Positions 49,487-60,652 of a stretch of 64,000 bases of DNA are shown piece by piece (the first letter of the stretch is position 1; the number at the start of each line of letters is the position of its first letter). The notes below the pieces were generated by a model. The model searched no databases and was not told the origin of the DNA. It saw only the letters and a program-made list of their open reading frames with translations. The position numbers and the translations under genes were made by a program. The stretch covers positions 128,001 to 192,000 of the forward strand of contig OY970208.1 of the NCBI GenBank assembly GCA_963713865.1, given 5' to 3'. The stretch is from an uncultured candidate division Zixibacteria bacterium (GTDB taxonomy: Bacteria > Zixibacteria > MSB-5A5 > RBG-16-43-9).

Positions 49487-50098
49487 TCAGGCGTTCTTCA
49501 CCACTATGGTTTCAATCACATTGGATATATTCTCACAGTGATCCGCCGCAGTTTCCAATCTCCCGTAGATCTCTTTCCATTTTATAGCTTTTCTCCAATC
49601 AGTTTCTGCATCCAATAGTATCCCGATCATCGTCTGGGAGATCTGGTCCGCTTCATTTTCTAAACTATTTATTTCCACACAAAAAGGGTGGAGGTTTTTG
49701 AAATGTTTCAGATCAGCTATAGCTTTTTCTATTTCCACCGTGGCTTTGTAGATTATGTTCACTAACTGGATACATTCCGGAGTGGGTTTTTCTATCTTGA
49801 AAAACAAAAGCCGGCTGGAAATCCCCTCAATCGCATCTAAGACATCATCTAACTCGCTGGCAAGCTGGTGAATATCTTCCCGGTCCAGAGGAGTAACAAA
49901 AGTTCGGTTAAGGCTTGCTACAATCTGATGAATTAACCTATCACCCTGATGCTCGATATCTTCTATCTTCTTGACCTTGTTTTCCACATCGGTATAGTTT
50001 TCCACCAGGTCTTTTAAGGCTTCCGCTCCTTTCAAAAGACTTTGAGCTAATTCCTTTAACATCTCAAAAAACTTTTCCTCTTTGGGTAAAAATCTCAT
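49487..50098 (-). CDS. DUF47/PhoU-like Pit accessory protein
   Basis: PKEEKFF, EHQGD, TFVTPLDREDI and LENEAD motifs; upstream of pit. Confidence 0.92.
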   Translation of the reverse strand: MRFLPKEEKFFEMLKELAQSLLKGAEALKDLVENYTDVENKVKKIEDIEHQGDRLIHQIVASLNRTFVTPLDREDIHQLASELDDVLDAIEGISSRLLFFKIEKPTPECIQLVNIIYKATVEIEKAIADLKHFKNLHPFCVEINSLENEADQISQTMIGILLDAETDWRKAIKWKEIYGRLETAADHCENISNVIETIVVKNA

Positions 50099-50149
50099 CG
50101 TAATACTCCTTTCTGCTCTCTCCTGTAAGGAGAAGGATAAGGCAAGGCT

Positions 50150-51325
50150 TTACCAATGTTTTCTAATAAGTTCTCTAAATTCCTTGAAAACTGTAAGTTT
50201 TCTTTTCCCCACAAAAGCTAATATCAGCTCAACATAAAGCCAGAAAAGATAAACCCAGGTTATCTCCTCTCTTAGAGTGGGTATCACAAATTGTACGAAC
50301 CATAAGCTGAAAAGCCCTAAAGCCTCATACCAGCGAAACTCCATATTGGCTAAAAGGATCATTCCTAAAGCTGATTGAGCGATGGTTAAAAATATCTCCA
50401 CTTTCTGATGAGAATCAAAATGAATGGCTGAAACCTTTCCGGTGCTTATCGAATAGACTATGGGAATCATAGCCACCAGCACGGTCCACTGATTGATATT
50501 AGAGGAAACCATGTTCATCAAAGCCATTGGAGCTTTCTTTACTGTCCGAGCCCAGTTAAAAGCCGTTACTTTTTCCGGGAACTCAGATAGAAAAGGTGAA
50601 ACCCACTGGATGAAGATGAATTGAGATACTCCTAAGAAAGTGGCTAAAGCTAACATACTATGAAGAAAAGGCTCTGCGACTAGATATAACCATAACCCTC
50701 CAAAGATAAAAAGGGAAGCTATAGCAAGATTCCTTTTTGCCGGTTTCTGTTTTAATATCCATCTGGGAACTCTGCCAACGTCCTCGACCTTCTCCTTATC
50801 CTGTGGAGGAATTTTCTGAAGAATATAAAGATAAATAACATATATCAGAAAAAGTATCATCGAATCAAAAATGGAAAGGGTTCCTTTTATAACTATAATT
50901 ACAAAATATAGAATTGGCGGAATAAGACCTAAAACCTCAACTGAATGCTCACCTTCTAACTTTATATTTGACCATCTTCTTTCCCCTGGTTTCCTTTTTC
51001 TGAAGAAAACTGTAGTGAAATAGATCATGGGCCATCCTAAACCCACCAGAAGTCTTAACGAGCCGGTGAAATTAGCAGTTACCAGATGAATTTTTTGCGG
51101 ATCGATCCCTGCTTCCCAGGCAATGACTGCTTCTACCATAAATTCAGGCAGAGTCTGAAGCCAGGCTAAAATTGCTAAGGCTAATCCTTGAGAAAGTAAA
51201 AATTGGGCTGATTCTGCCGCCCATCCGATGATTAAAGCTGAGAGGAGTACTGAGGGAAAGGTCCAGATCGCAGATAGTGCTTTCGATGTAACTGCAGAAG
51301 CAGTTGTAATTGTTTCCCTTACCAT
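50150..51325 (-). CDS. CaCA-superfamily (Na+/Ca2+ exchanger-like) membrane protein
   Basis: Two alpha-repeat-like motifs, QTLPEF...ANFTGS and SEFPEK...SSNINQ. Confidence 0.75.
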   Translation of the reverse strand: MVRETITTASAVTSKALSAIWTFPSVLLSALIIGWAAESAQFLLSQGLALAILAWLQTLPEFMVEAVIAWEAGIDPQKIHLVTANFTGSLRLLVGLGWPMIYFTTVFFRKRKPGERRWSNIKLEGEHSVEVLGLIPPILYFVIIVIKGTLSIFDSMILFLIYVIYLYILQKIPPQDKEKVEDVGRVPRWILKQKPAKRNLAIASLFIFGGLWLYLVAEPFLHSMLALATFLGVSQFIFIQWVSPFLSEFPEKVTAFNWARTVKKAPMALMNMVSSNINQWTVLVAMIPIVYSISTGKVSAIHFDSHQKVEIFLTIAQSALGMILLANMEFRWYEALGLFSLWFVQFVIPTLREEITWVYLFWLYVELILAFVGKRKLTVFKEFRELIRKHW

Positions 51326-51326
51326 A

Positions 51327-51944
51327 TCAAAAACTCATCTTTTCCTTGATGGAAAATTTATCAGGAGAAGCAATCCCGCCTGAGACAAAAAATTCAATCC
51401 CTTGTTCAACTGATATCTCTAAAAGGATAACTTCTTCTCCCTTAAAAAGTAGTGTCCATCCGGTAAAAGGGGTTGGGGTAGAGGGAACAAAGACTACCAG
51501 TAACTCTTCATTCCTAAGATAAACTCTATTGGTTATGAAACCCAAGGTGAAAACCCCCCTACGGGGAAATTGTATAAGAACAACCTGTTTGAATGCCCTC
51601 TTATCTTCAACAGTTAAACTTTCCACTAACTGTTTGGCAGGTCCATAGATAGTACGAATTATGGGAATTCTCAAAAATAGCGACTGCCCGTAAGACACCA
51701 ACCGGGAGAAAATCACGCTTGAGGCAAAAATTCCAGCTAAGAATATCAGGATCAAAGTGGCTAAAAACCCTATTCCTGGAATTTTGTATCCGATGAGTTT
51801 ATTTATTAATGGGGATAAAAGCCCATCCACATTTACAAAAAGAAAACGCAGAACCAGATAGGTGATGATTAAAGGGACAATGATTAATACGCCGGAAAGA
51901 AAATAATTTCTTAGAATTTTTGTAATAGTATCCTTAAACGCCAT
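51327..51944 (-). CDS. DUF502 membrane protein
   Basis: RNYFLSG, RIPIIRTIY, VFVPSTPTPFTG and VSGG motifs. Confidence 0.9.
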   Translation of the reverse strand: MAFKDTITKILRNYFLSGVLIIVPLIITYLVLRFLFVNVDGLLSPLINKLIGYKIPGIGFLATLILIFLAGIFASSVIFSRLVSYGQSLFLRIPIIRTIYGPAKQLVESLTVEDKRAFKQVVLIQFPRRGVFTLGFITNRVYLRNEELLVVFVPSTPTPFTGWTLLFKGEEVILLEISVEQGIEFFVSGGIASPDKFSIKEKMSF

Positions 51945-52016
51945 AACCTTCTTTCAATTCTCTTTAAGTTATTCTTTTTCATCTTTTTGTCAATAAGATT
52001 TGAACAAAAAAACAAT

Positions 52017-52286
52017 GTAGGGGCTCAAAATTTTGAACCCTTATAATCTTTTTTATTTTATCTTTAGTGAGTCAGGCATTCCGGTGGTTGAGTGGCTACG
52101 CTTTCGTAAGACAGGCATCGACTCCTGACCGAATCGGTAACCCCACCTTGCCCACAAGGTGGGGTTATAGTATACCCATGTTGAGGGCAACGTGGGTATA
52201 CCAGTCATAGGGCAAGGCCGTCAAGATCTTGAGACTTCAACCTTGCATAAAAAAATTGTAGGGGTGTATTGCCCCATACACCCTTA
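52017..52286. repeat. Cluster of REP-like palindromes after nuoN
   Basis: GTAGGGGC/GTAGGGGT hairpins, CCCACCTTGCCCACAAGGTGGG and TATACCCATGTTG..CAACGTGGGTATA; same families at ~2177-2442, 47071 and 62255. Confidence 0.7.
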
Positions 52287-52297
52287 CAAAAAATTAA

Positions 52298-53730
52298 TTA
52301 ATATTTAAAAACCAACGCTGCTTGGCTGGCGAGATTGAGGAATGGATTAGGAAATAGACCCACTAAAATGACACCTATGATGCAAATGAGCAGAGCTAAT
52401 TTAATCCCGAAAGGCAAAACGATTTTCTCTGCATTTTCTTTTTTTCGGAAATACATCTCCCTTAAAACACCCACATAGTAATAAAGTGAAATCACACTTG
52501 TTAAAACCGCAATCACCACTAACCAGATTAAATTCTTCTCAATCGCAGAAGCGAAAATAAAATATTTCCCCACAAAACCAGCTAAAGGCGGGATACCAAC
52601 TAAAGATAGAAGAAAAATCATCATAAAAAGCGATAAATAAGGAGAGCTCTGGGAAAGCCCGGCATAATCCTTTATCTCAGAGCTATCGGTTTGAAGCTCA
52701 AAAGCAATAGCCACCACAAAAGCGCCAAGGTTGGCAAAAAGGTAGGCTAATGTATAAAAAGCAACAGAGGAAACCCCTCTTTCTGAAATAGCTACTAAAC
52801 CAACCAAAATATACCCAACCTGAGCGATAGAGGAATAGGCTAACATCCTCTTAATATTAGTCTGAAGCAAAGCGATAATATTTCCGATGATCATACTCAA
52901 AGCTGCTAAAACCATCACTATGGTAACCCAGTCCATACTATAAACCAGAAAAGACCCAAAAAAAACCCTTAAGAAAGCCACCAATCCTGCGGCTTTGGAG
53001 CCAACTGAAAGAAAAGCAGTGATTGGAGTTGGTGCACCCTCATAGACGTTTGGCGCCACATATGAAAAGGGACCAGAGCCAATTTGAATCCGAAACCAGC
53101 GATGAAAAAGATAAAGGAAAGAAATAGCCCGGGACCTATTGGACCTATCTGTATGTAATCCACCATCAATTTGGTCTTAATCCCCTGCAAAAATGTAGTT
53201 CCGGTTATTCCATAGATTAAGCTGATGCCATAGAGCAAAATGGCTGAAGAAATAGCCCCTAATAGCATATATTTTAGTCCCGCTTCTGCGGATTTTTTAT
53301 CTGGTTTTAGATATGCCGATAAGATAAAAAGTGGGATTGTAACCAACTCTAAGGAAACATATAAGAAAATCAGTTCCCTGGCAGAGGATAAAAGCATCAT
53401 CCCTACGGTGGAGATTAAAATCAGTGCGAAGAATTCACCTTTAAAAGCCCTGAATTTAGCTATGAAATCGACTGAAACCGAAATCGCTAAAAACGAGGAT
53501 AAAAGAAAAATCAGTTTGAAGAACTGACTTAAAGAGTCAGAAGAGTAAACTTTGCCAAACATTTCTCCCTGAATGGAAAAGAAAAGCAGAACAATGGTAA
53601 TTACAATCCCTAAAAGTGAAAGGTAACCCAAATTCCTCTTCTTCTCCTCTTTTAAAAAGAAATCTACGCAGAAGATCAAAACTGCCCAGAGGAAAAGAAA
53701 AATTTCAGGAAAGATAGGGATGAAGTACAA
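52298..53730 (-). CDS. nuoN: NADH-quinone oxidoreductase subunit N (-1 indel at ~53057)
   Basis: SAEAGLKY, GFGFKLALVPFHMW joined to AP.VYEGAPTP, and KRMLAYSSIAQ. Confidence 0.92.
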
Positions 53731-53787
53731 ATCAACCTCCGAAAGAACAGTTAATGATTATTAGTTCACGATTCATAGTAAAATAAA

Positions 53788-55257
53788 CTAACCGGTTACT
53801 AAATGAATTATATTTTCCAGTGTTACCCGCATAATATCTGCCAGAGGAGAAGGATAAACTCCAACTCCAATCATAAGTATGGCCAGGGGGATGACCGTAA
53901 AAAGCTCTCTGCTATTAATCTCGGTTATCGCTTCCCATTTAGTATTAAGCGTCCCTAAGAACATTTTCTGAATCATTCGCAAGAAGTAAGCTGCGGTTAA
54001 AACCACACCCAAAACTGCAAAGGCAACTATCACTTTAAAAACCGGGAATGCGCCGATAAAGACCATGAATTCGCTTACGAACCCGGATAATCCCGGAAGA
54101 CCCAATGAGCCCATACAGAACAAAGTCATCACTCCGGAATAGACCGGCAGTTTAATCCATAAACCTCCAAAGGCATCTATGTCCCGGGTATGAGCTCTAT
54201 CATATAAAACCCCCACTAATAAGAACAATGCGCCGGTGATAAGTCCGTGCGAGAACATCTGGAAAACACATCCGGAAACGCCGGTAACGGTTAAAGCTGA
54301 AATCCCCAATATGCAGTAACCCATATGACTGACTGAAGAATATGCAACTAATTTCTTTAAATCCTTCTGAGCCATACAGACCAAAGCTCCATAAACTATA
54401 TTGATCAAAGCTAATATGGCTAAAGGAAGAGCATAATAAACAGCCGCCTGGGGGAACATAGGAAGACTTACTCTTAGAAGTCCATAGGTTCCCATTTTCA
54501 ACAAAATCCCGGCAAGGATGACTGAAACTGCAGTCGGTGCCTCAACATGTGCATCCGGAAGCCAGGTATGGAACGGGAAGATTGGAACCTTAATGGCAAA
54601 GGCTAAAAAGAAAGCTACGAAAACTGTAAGTTGAAATCCCCTGCCTAAAAGAGGTGCCTGGGCAATCAGCTCCATCATATCCAGGGTATGAGGCTGGGAG
54701 GTGAAATATAAAGCCAGGATCCCGATGAGCATAAAAACACTGCCGAAAAGGGTATATAAAAAGAACTTGATAGCTGCATATTCTTTTCTGGGTCCACCCC
54801 AGACCCCGATTAGAAAATACATGGGGACCAGCATTATCTCCCAGAAGATATAGAACATAAAGAAATCCAGAGCTGCAAATACCCCCATCATACCGACTTC
54901 TAAGAGTAAGAAAAAGGCGAAATACTCTTTTACCCTGAAATTTATGTTAAAGGAGGCAATTATGGATAAAAAAGATAACAGGGCAGTCAGGAAAAGCATC
55001 GGTACTGAAAGACCATCCGCTCCTAAATGGAAGGTAACCCCCAAGGAGGGTATCCAGTCAAATTTCTCCACAAACTGCATAACCGAAGTGGAGCTGTTGT
55101 AATTTGCTACCAGGAAAAAAGAGAGGATTAAGGGTATGAAAGAAAACAGGGCTGCAGCAAAGCGAATTGCCTGAACCTGTTCCTTCCTTAAAAGAAGCAC
55201 CACTACCATCCCCAACAGAGGGATGAAGACCATAAAGCTCAAGATTGGGAAATTCAT
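53788..55257 (-). CDS. nuoM: Complex I subunit M
   Basis: FYIFWE, AAIKFFLYT, FHTWLPDAHVEAPT and LVAYSSVSHMG motifs. Confidence 0.95.
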   Translation of the reverse strand: MNFPILSFMVFIPLLGMVVVLLLRKEQVQAIRFAAALFSFIPLILSFFLVANYNSSTSVMQFVEKFDWIPSLGVTFHLGADGLSVPMLFLTALLSFLSIIASFNINFRVKEYFAFFLLLEVGMMGVFAALDFFMFYIFWEIMLVPMYFLIGVWGGPRKEYAAIKFFLYTLFGSVFMLIGILALYFTSQPHTLDMMELIAQAPLLGRGFQLTVFVAFFLAFAIKVPIFPFHTWLPDAHVEAPTAVSVILAGILLKMGTYGLLRVSLPMFPQAAVYYALPLAILALINIVYGALVCMAQKDLKKLVAYSSVSHMGYCILGISALTVTGVSGCVFQMFSHGLITGALFLLVGVLYDRAHTRDIDAFGGLWIKLPVYSGVMTLFCMGSLGLPGLSGFVSEFMVFIGAFPVFKVIVAFAVLGVVLTAAYFLRMIQKMFLGTLNTKWEAITEINSRELFTVIPLAILMIGVGVYPSPLADIMRVTLENIIHLVTG

Positions 55258-55287
55258 TTTATCCTTTTCCTCCTAAATTTATTTTCA

Positions 55288-57213
55288 TTAAAATAACTTC
55301 AAAAGTATGATCAAAACTATCCCGAAAAAGATGATGAAAGCATAGTTCTGTAATTGTCCGGTCTGAACTTTTCTCATACCTGCTCCGGTTCCCCTTACCA
55401 CATATCCTAAACCATTCACTGCCCCATCCACAATGTAGGTATCGAAAAGCTCCCATAACCAGGATAAGAAAACGGTGAAATTACCAACCGAATTCACCAG
55501 CCAGTCGATAACTCCCAGGTCGAATTTCTTGAACAGGAAATCGGTCAGCTTGAATAAAGGTTTTATGATAATGGCATTATAAAGCTCATCGAAATAGTAT
55601 TTGTTATATAAAACTTTATAAATGAAAGAGAATTTATTTTTCAACTTTTCCGGAGAAATAGAACCTTTATAGTACATAAGGTAGGCTAAATATATCCCGG
55701 ATAAAGCTACCAGCGTAGCCACAATCATCAGAATAAAGTTCGGCTCTAAATGATGAACTTCGTGATGATAGACAAAAGATGAATATCCTTTATGCAGCCA
55801 GGGAATACCAACCCAGCCAGCAAAGATGGAAAGGAAAGCTAAAATAACCAAGGGTACGGTCATCACTTTCGGGGATTCATGTGCATGTTCGAATTTATGA
55901 TGATCTCTTGGTTTTCCATAGAAAGTAACAAAACACAAGCGGAACATATAAAATGCAGTCATAAAGGCAACAGCCAGTCCAACTAACATAAAAATAGAAT
56001 ATTTATTCAGTGCCAGGAGTAGTATTTCATCTTTGCTCCAGAATCCGGATAAGGGAAAGATTCCAGCTAAGGATAATGAGCCGATGATAAAGGTTATGGC
56101 AGTAGTTTTCATCTTGGGATAAAGCCCGCCCATCTCCCAGATATCATTGGTATGCATTGCGTGAATAACACTCCCTGCACCCAAGAAAAGTAGTGCTTTA
56201 AACGAAGCATGGGTCATCAGATGAAAAGTCCCTGCAGTATAACCGCCTAAACCCAGAGCCATTATCATATATCCCAACTGGCTTATGGTAGAATAAGCCA
56301 GGACCCTTTTTATGTCGTTTTGCACCAGACCAATAGATGCGGCTAAAAAGGAAGTAAAAGCACCAATGATCGCCACTACCAGAGAGGCAGGAACTGAAAG
56401 CGCATAGATGGTCATTAAGCGGGCTACTAAATAGACACCGGCTGCCACCATCGTTGCCGCATGAATTAAAGCAGAAACTGGAGTAGGACCTTCCATCGCA
56501 TCCGGAAGCCAGACATGCAAGGGGAATTGGGCGGATTTGCCAACTGCCCCTCCGAAGAGCAAAATGGCTGAAAGGGTTAGCAATGTGGAAGAGATGGCAC
56601 CAGATTCTACCTGATGGAATGCTTCCTGAAAATTCAAAGTACCCACTGTGGTGGTTAAGAGGAATATCCCCAGCATAAAAGCCAAATCTCCCGTGCGTGT
56701 GGTTATGAAAGCCTTTTTACCCGCATCTGAGGCACTCTTCTTCTCAAACCAGAACCCGATCAAAAGGTAAGAGGTTAAACCGACTAATTCCCAGAAGATG
56801 AAGATCTCGAAGAAATTGTTAGCTAAAACCAACCCTAACATCGAGAAGGTGAACAAGGATAGGAAAGAGAAATATCTTGAAAATCTGGGGTCACCAGCCA
56901 TATAACCAACAGAGTAAATCTGGACCAGCATCGAGACTATCGTTACCACCATAAGCATTACCGCAGTCAAAGGATCAATCAGCATCCCGGCTTCGACCTT
57001 AAACCCGGGCAGGTCTAACCAGTTGAACTTGAATTCAGAGGTAACCGGATTAGATAAAACCGTGAGCAGAACTATGCAGGAGAAAATAAAGGAAAGGCTG
57101 ACTGCTCCAATGGAGATAAAAGACGATAACCTGGGCTTTTTTATGGTAAAAAAGATGATCAGGGCAAACGAAAGTATCGGGAAAAACGGGATCAACCAGC
57201 TATAGGGTAACAT
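55288..57213 (-). CDS. nuoL: Complex I subunit L
   Basis: GKSAQFPLHVWLPDAMEGPTPVSALIHAATMV and KRVLAYSTISQLG motifs. Confidence 0.96.
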   Translation of the reverse strand: MLPYSWLIPFFPILSFALIIFFTIKKPRLSSFISIGAVSLSFIFSCIVLLTVLSNPVTSEFKFNWLDLPGFKVEAGMLIDPLTAVMLMVVTIVSMLVQIYSVGYMAGDPRFSRYFSFLSLFTFSMLGLVLANNFFEIFIFWELVGLTSYLLIGFWFEKKSASDAGKKAFITTRTGDLAFMLGIFLLTTTVGTLNFQEAFHQVESGAISSTLLTLSAILLFGGAVGKSAQFPLHVWLPDAMEGPTPVSALIHAATMVAAGVYLVARLMTIYALSVPASLVVAIIGAFTSFLAASIGLVQNDIKRVLAYSTISQLGYMIMALGLGGYTAGTFHLMTHASFKALLFLGAGSVIHAMHTNDIWEMGGLYPKMKTTAITFIIGSLSLAGIFPLSGFWSKDEILLLALNKYSIFMLVGLAVAFMTAFYMFRLCFVTFYGKPRDHHKFEHAHESPKVMTVPLVILAFLSIFAGWVGIPWLHKGYSSFVYHHEVHHLEPNFILMIVATLVALSGIYLAYLMYYKGSISPEKLKNKFSFIYKVLYNKYYFDELYNAIIIKPLFKLTDFLFKKFDLGVIDWLVNSVGNFTVFLSWLWELFDTYIVDGAVNGLGYVVRGTGAGMRKVQTGQLQNYAFIIFFGIVLIILLKLF

Positions 57214-57229
57214 AAGATTTGATTTCTCC

Positions 57230-57538
57230 TTACCATTTCATTATATTCACTCTATCCACTTCCACACCCTTATACTGTCTGTAGATTAATATGATAATTG
57301 CCAGACCTACTGCCGCTTCAGCCGCTGCAATGGTTATGACGAAGATCGTAAAGACCTGTCCAGCTATTGCCTGAGGATCGATGAACCTGGCAAAAGCGAC
57401 AAAATTTATATTAACTGCATTGAACAAAAGCTCGATTGACATCAAGATTCCGATAGCATTCCTCCGGGTCAGGACCCCGAATATCCCTATGCAGAAAAGG
57501 ATAGCGCTTAAAGCTAAATAATGGTATAAATTAAGCAT
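57230..57538 (-). CDS. nuoK: Complex I subunit K
   Basis: RRNAIGILMSIEL and AAAEAAVGLA motifs. Confidence 0.95.
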   Translation of the reverse strand: MLNLYHYLALSAILFCIGIFGVLTRRNAIGILMSIELLFNAVNINFVAFARFIDPQAIAGQVFTIFVITIAAAEAAVGLAIIILIYRQYKGVEVDRVNIMKW

Positions 57539-57539
57539 C

Positions 57540-58037
57540 TTACTCCTTTCGAGCGATTATTATGGCGCCAATTAAAGCAGCTAACAAGACCAGAGAAACC
57601 ACCTCAAAGGGTAAAACGTAAGTGGTTAAAAGGGCTTTTCCTATGGATACAGTTGACTGTCCTTCAATTCCCTGAGTGCTTATCCTCCAGCTGGTTCTGC
57701 CTAAAACTGAAAGAGTAACAACTAAAAGTGCACCAACGACTAACAGGCCGGGGATAACCTGCTCATTTGATTGCCTTATACCAGGACTATAAAGCTGAGC
57801 CGTTAACATTATGGCAAAGATCAAAAGAACAGTAATCGCTCCAACATAGATCAAGACCTGCACGGCTGCCACAAACTCTGCTGAAAGCAAGATATAAATC
57901 CCGGCAATCGAGAAAAAACACAGGATTAAAAACAGTAGTGAATGAAAAATGTTTTTCAGTGTTACCACCATGAAGGCAGAACCAACGATTAAACCTGAGA
58001 GTACATAGAATACTGCAACCTGAGTGCTACTTTCCAC
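57540..58037 (-). CDS. nuoJ: Complex I subunit J
   Basis: AEFVAAVQVLIYVGAI and YVLPFE motifs. Confidence 0.95.
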   Translation of the reverse strand: MESSTQVAVFYVLSGLIVGSAFMVVTLKNIFHSLLFLILCFFSIAGIYILLSAEFVAAVQVLIYVGAITVLLIFAIMLTAQLYSPGIRQSNEQVIPGLLVVGALLVVTLSVLGRTSWRISTQGIEGQSTVSIGKALLTTYVLPFEVVSLVLLAALIGAIIIARKE

Positions 58038-58497
58038 TTTCCACCCACTTTATATATTTGAATCCTTTGCCGATTTCAGTTAGTCTTTCTTTAGTATGTA
58101 TGAGCTTTTTCTTATCATAAACCGAAAACTCGTATTTGGGAATACACTTGATAGCTGAGAAAGGACAGACCTCCTCACAGATACCGCAGTAGATACATAA
58201 CCCGGCTTCAACTACAAATTCATCCGGAACCCTCTTCCCTGTCCCATCTTTAGTTTGGGTTATATAAATTGCCCTGATCGGACAGTTTCGCATGCAGATC
58301 AGGCAGGCAGTGCAGTTCAATTTACCGGTCTCAGGATCAGAAATCAATCCGACCATCCCCCTTGACCTTTCCGGCATAGTCCATCTTTCTTTGGGATATT
58401 GAAGGGTGATAGCTGGTTTGAATAGATACTTGATAGTAACCTTCATCCCCAGGAGAAGATTATATATTCCGTTTACAGTTCTCTTTACGATCCCCAT
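58027..58497 (-). CDS. nuoI: Complex I subunit I
   Basis: TLQYP plus two CxxCxxCxxxCP motifs. Confidence 0.95.
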   Translation of the reverse strand: MGIVKRTVNGIYNLLLGMKVTIKYLFKPAITLQYPKERWTMPERSRGMVGLISDPETGKLNCTACLICMRNCPIRAIYITQTKDGTGKRVPDEFVVEAGLCIYCGICEEVCPFSAIKCIPKYEFSVYDKKKLIHTKERLTEIGKGFKYIKWVESGK

Positions 58498-58500
58498 CTT

Positions 58501-59529
58501 TTATGCAAAAAGTCCGGTTAAAATCAGATTAATAAAAGCTAAAGGTAATAAAAACTTCCAGGCAAATCCCATCAATTGATCAACTCTCAGTCGGGGGAAT
58601 GTCCATTTAAACCACATTATCACGAAAACTAAGAAAAAGCTTTTTATGAAAAACCATAACCAGGAAGGAAGAAATGGCCCGTTCCAGCCACCCAAGAAAA
58701 GGGTAGTAGCAATGGCAGATACCAAAAACAGATTGGCATATTCGGCAAAGAAAAACATAGCGAACTTCATCCCGGAATATTCCACGTTGAATCCCGCTAC
58801 TAATTCCTGCTCAGCTTCAGGGATGTCAAAAGGTGTCCGGTTAATCTCTGCAATACCGGCGGTTAGATAGATTAAAAACCCAACTGGCTGTCTCCACAAA
58901 TACCATTCCCAGATATGTTTCTGGGAACTAACAATGGTCTGCATGCTGAGGGATTGAGCTAAAATTATTACTCCTAAAATCGATAAGGTCAGAGGAACTT
59001 CATAACTTATGATCTGAGCTGCAGAACGAAAACCACCTAAGATAGAATATTTATTATTCGAGCTCCAGCCTGCAGTCAAAAGCCCGATAACCGTGAATGT
59101 GGTTATAGCCATTATATAGAGAATCCCTATGTTCAAATCTTTTACTATAAGCCCTTTACCAAAAGGGATACAGATATAAGCCATAAAAGCGGAAACGAAA
59201 ACGATAACCGGCGCTATTAAAAATCCACCTTTATCCGCATTTTCTGGAGTAGTATCTTCCTTCAAGATAAGTTTTATCGCATCTATTACCGTTTGCAGCC
59301 AGCCGTGCCAGCCGGTTCTCATCGGCCCGAACCTGGACTGCATATGACCGGATACTTTCCTTTCCCACCAGACCATAAACAGGACTGACAGAGATATGAA
59401 AGCAATGATTATCCCGGCAACTACAATCATTGAAAGAAGCTCAAGCAGGACTTGCGGTATCCCCCAGTTATAAAAGAGGTTTTCCGCCCAGAGATATATA
59501 CTTTTGAAAAGATTGTCTAACTCAAACAT
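58501..59529 (-). CDS. nuoH: Complex I subunit H
   Basis: ERKV...QSRFGP, AEINRTPFD, EYSG and PRLRVDQLM motifs; ATG 59529. Confidence 0.95.
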   Translation of the reverse strand: MFELDNLFKSIYLWAENLFYNWGIPQVLLELLSMIVVAGIIIAFISLSVLFMVWWERKVSGHMQSRFGPMRTGWHGWLQTVIDAIKLILKEDTTPENADKGGFLIAPVIVFVSAFMAYICIPFGKGLIVKDLNIGILYIMAITTFTVIGLLTAGWSSNNKYSILGGFRSAAQIISYEVPLTLSILGVIILAQSLSMQTIVSSQKHIWEWYLWRQPVGFLIYLTAGIAEINRTPFDIPEAEQELVAGFNVEYSGMKFAMFFFAEYANLFLVSAIATTLFLGGWNGPFLPSWLWFFIKSFFLVFVIMWFKWTFPRLRVDQLMGFAWKFLLPLAFINLILTGLFA

Positions 59530-59536
59530 ATATTTT

Positions 59537-60652
59537 TTATCTGTCCACCTCCGGCAAAACCACATCCAGGCTGCCGAATATTGCCACCAGATCAGCTATT
59601 TTCCAGCTGCGGGAGATTATGGGCAAAACAGTTAAATTAGAAAAAGAACCAGTCCTGATTTTAACTCTATAAGGCTTAGACGAGCCATCAGAGACTATAT
59701 AAAAACCCATCTCACCTCTGGGTGCTTCAATTCTCAAATAGATCTCCCCTTCAGGTGGTTTAAATACTGCAGCAGTTTTGGTTTTTACTGGTCCTTCCGG
59801 AATCTTTTCCAGAGCCTGCTGAACTATCTTTGCAGATTCCCTCATCTCCATTATCCTGACCATATACCTATCCCACACATCCGAAGCCTTACCTACAGGT
59901 ATATCGAAATCGAACTTATCATAGATTGAATAAGATTCGTTCTTTCTTAAATCCCATTGTAAACCAGTTCCACGCAGAGAAGGACCGGTTACTCCATTCT
60001 CGATAGCAGTTTTCCGGTCTAATATCCCTATACCTTTTGTCCGGCTCAAAAAGATCGGGTTATTAGTAAGTATATCTTCATATTCATCCACCCTGGGTAT
60101 AAAATATTTAACAAACTCTTTTGCCATAGGGATAAATTCTGGTGTGATATCCCTGGAAACCCCCCCTATCCGCATATAATTATAGGTCAACCTCTGCCCA
60201 CAGGTCATCTCAAAAAGGTCCAGGACCTTCTCCCTTTCCCGGAAACAATAGAGGAATGGGGTTATGGCGCCTAAGTCTAAGGAGAAAGTTCCCAGCCAGA
60301 TCAAATGGCTGGCTATTCTGTTTAACTCCACCATTATTACCCTTATATATTCAGCCCTTTCCGGCACTGGAACATTCGCCAGCTTCTCCACCGTCATCAC
60401 AAAACCCTGATTGCAGAACATCGAACAGGAATAGTCTATCCTGTCAGTATAAGGTATGTACTGCAAATAAGTCCTGTTTTCCGCAATCTTCTCTAAGGAG
60501 CGATGCAGATAACCGATATGGGGAACCATATCTAAAACCACTTCTCCATCCATCTTCAGAAGAAGACGCAATACCCCGTGGGTGCTGGGATGCTGGGGTC
60601 CCATATTCACGAAGAACTCTTCAGTATATATTTCTGAAACCTGATCGTTCAT
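59537..60652 (-). CDS. nuoD: Complex I subunit D
   Basis: [26 protein letters not shown] and C-terminal EVDR; no NiFe CxxC motifs. Confidence 0.96.
   Translation of the reverse strand: MNDQVSEIYTEEFFVNMGPQHPSTHGVLRLLLKMDGEVVLDMVPHIGYLHRSLEKIAENRTYLQYIPYTDRIDYSCSMFCNQGFVMTVEKLANVPVPERAEYIRVIMVELNRIASHLIWLGTFSLDLGAITPFLYCFREREKVLDLFEMTCGQRLTYNYMRIGGVSRDITPEFIPMAKEFVKYFIPRVDEYEDILTNNPIFLSRTKGIGILDRKTAIENGVTGPSLRGTGLQWDLRKNESYSIYDKFDFDIPVGKASDVWDRYMVRIMEMRESAKIVQQALEKIPEGPVKTKTAAVFKPPEGEIYLRIEAPRGEMGFYIVSDGSSKPYRVKIRTGSFSNLTVLPIISRSWKIADLVAIFGSLDVVLPEVDR

Noticed and set aside
4788-49489. TGA recoding (Sec/Trp/Gly) suggested by in-frame TGAs at 4788 and 49487
   Set aside because: aspS, nuoA, nuoC and DUF47 end in TGA at their expected C-termini, and conserved genes have no internal TGAs.
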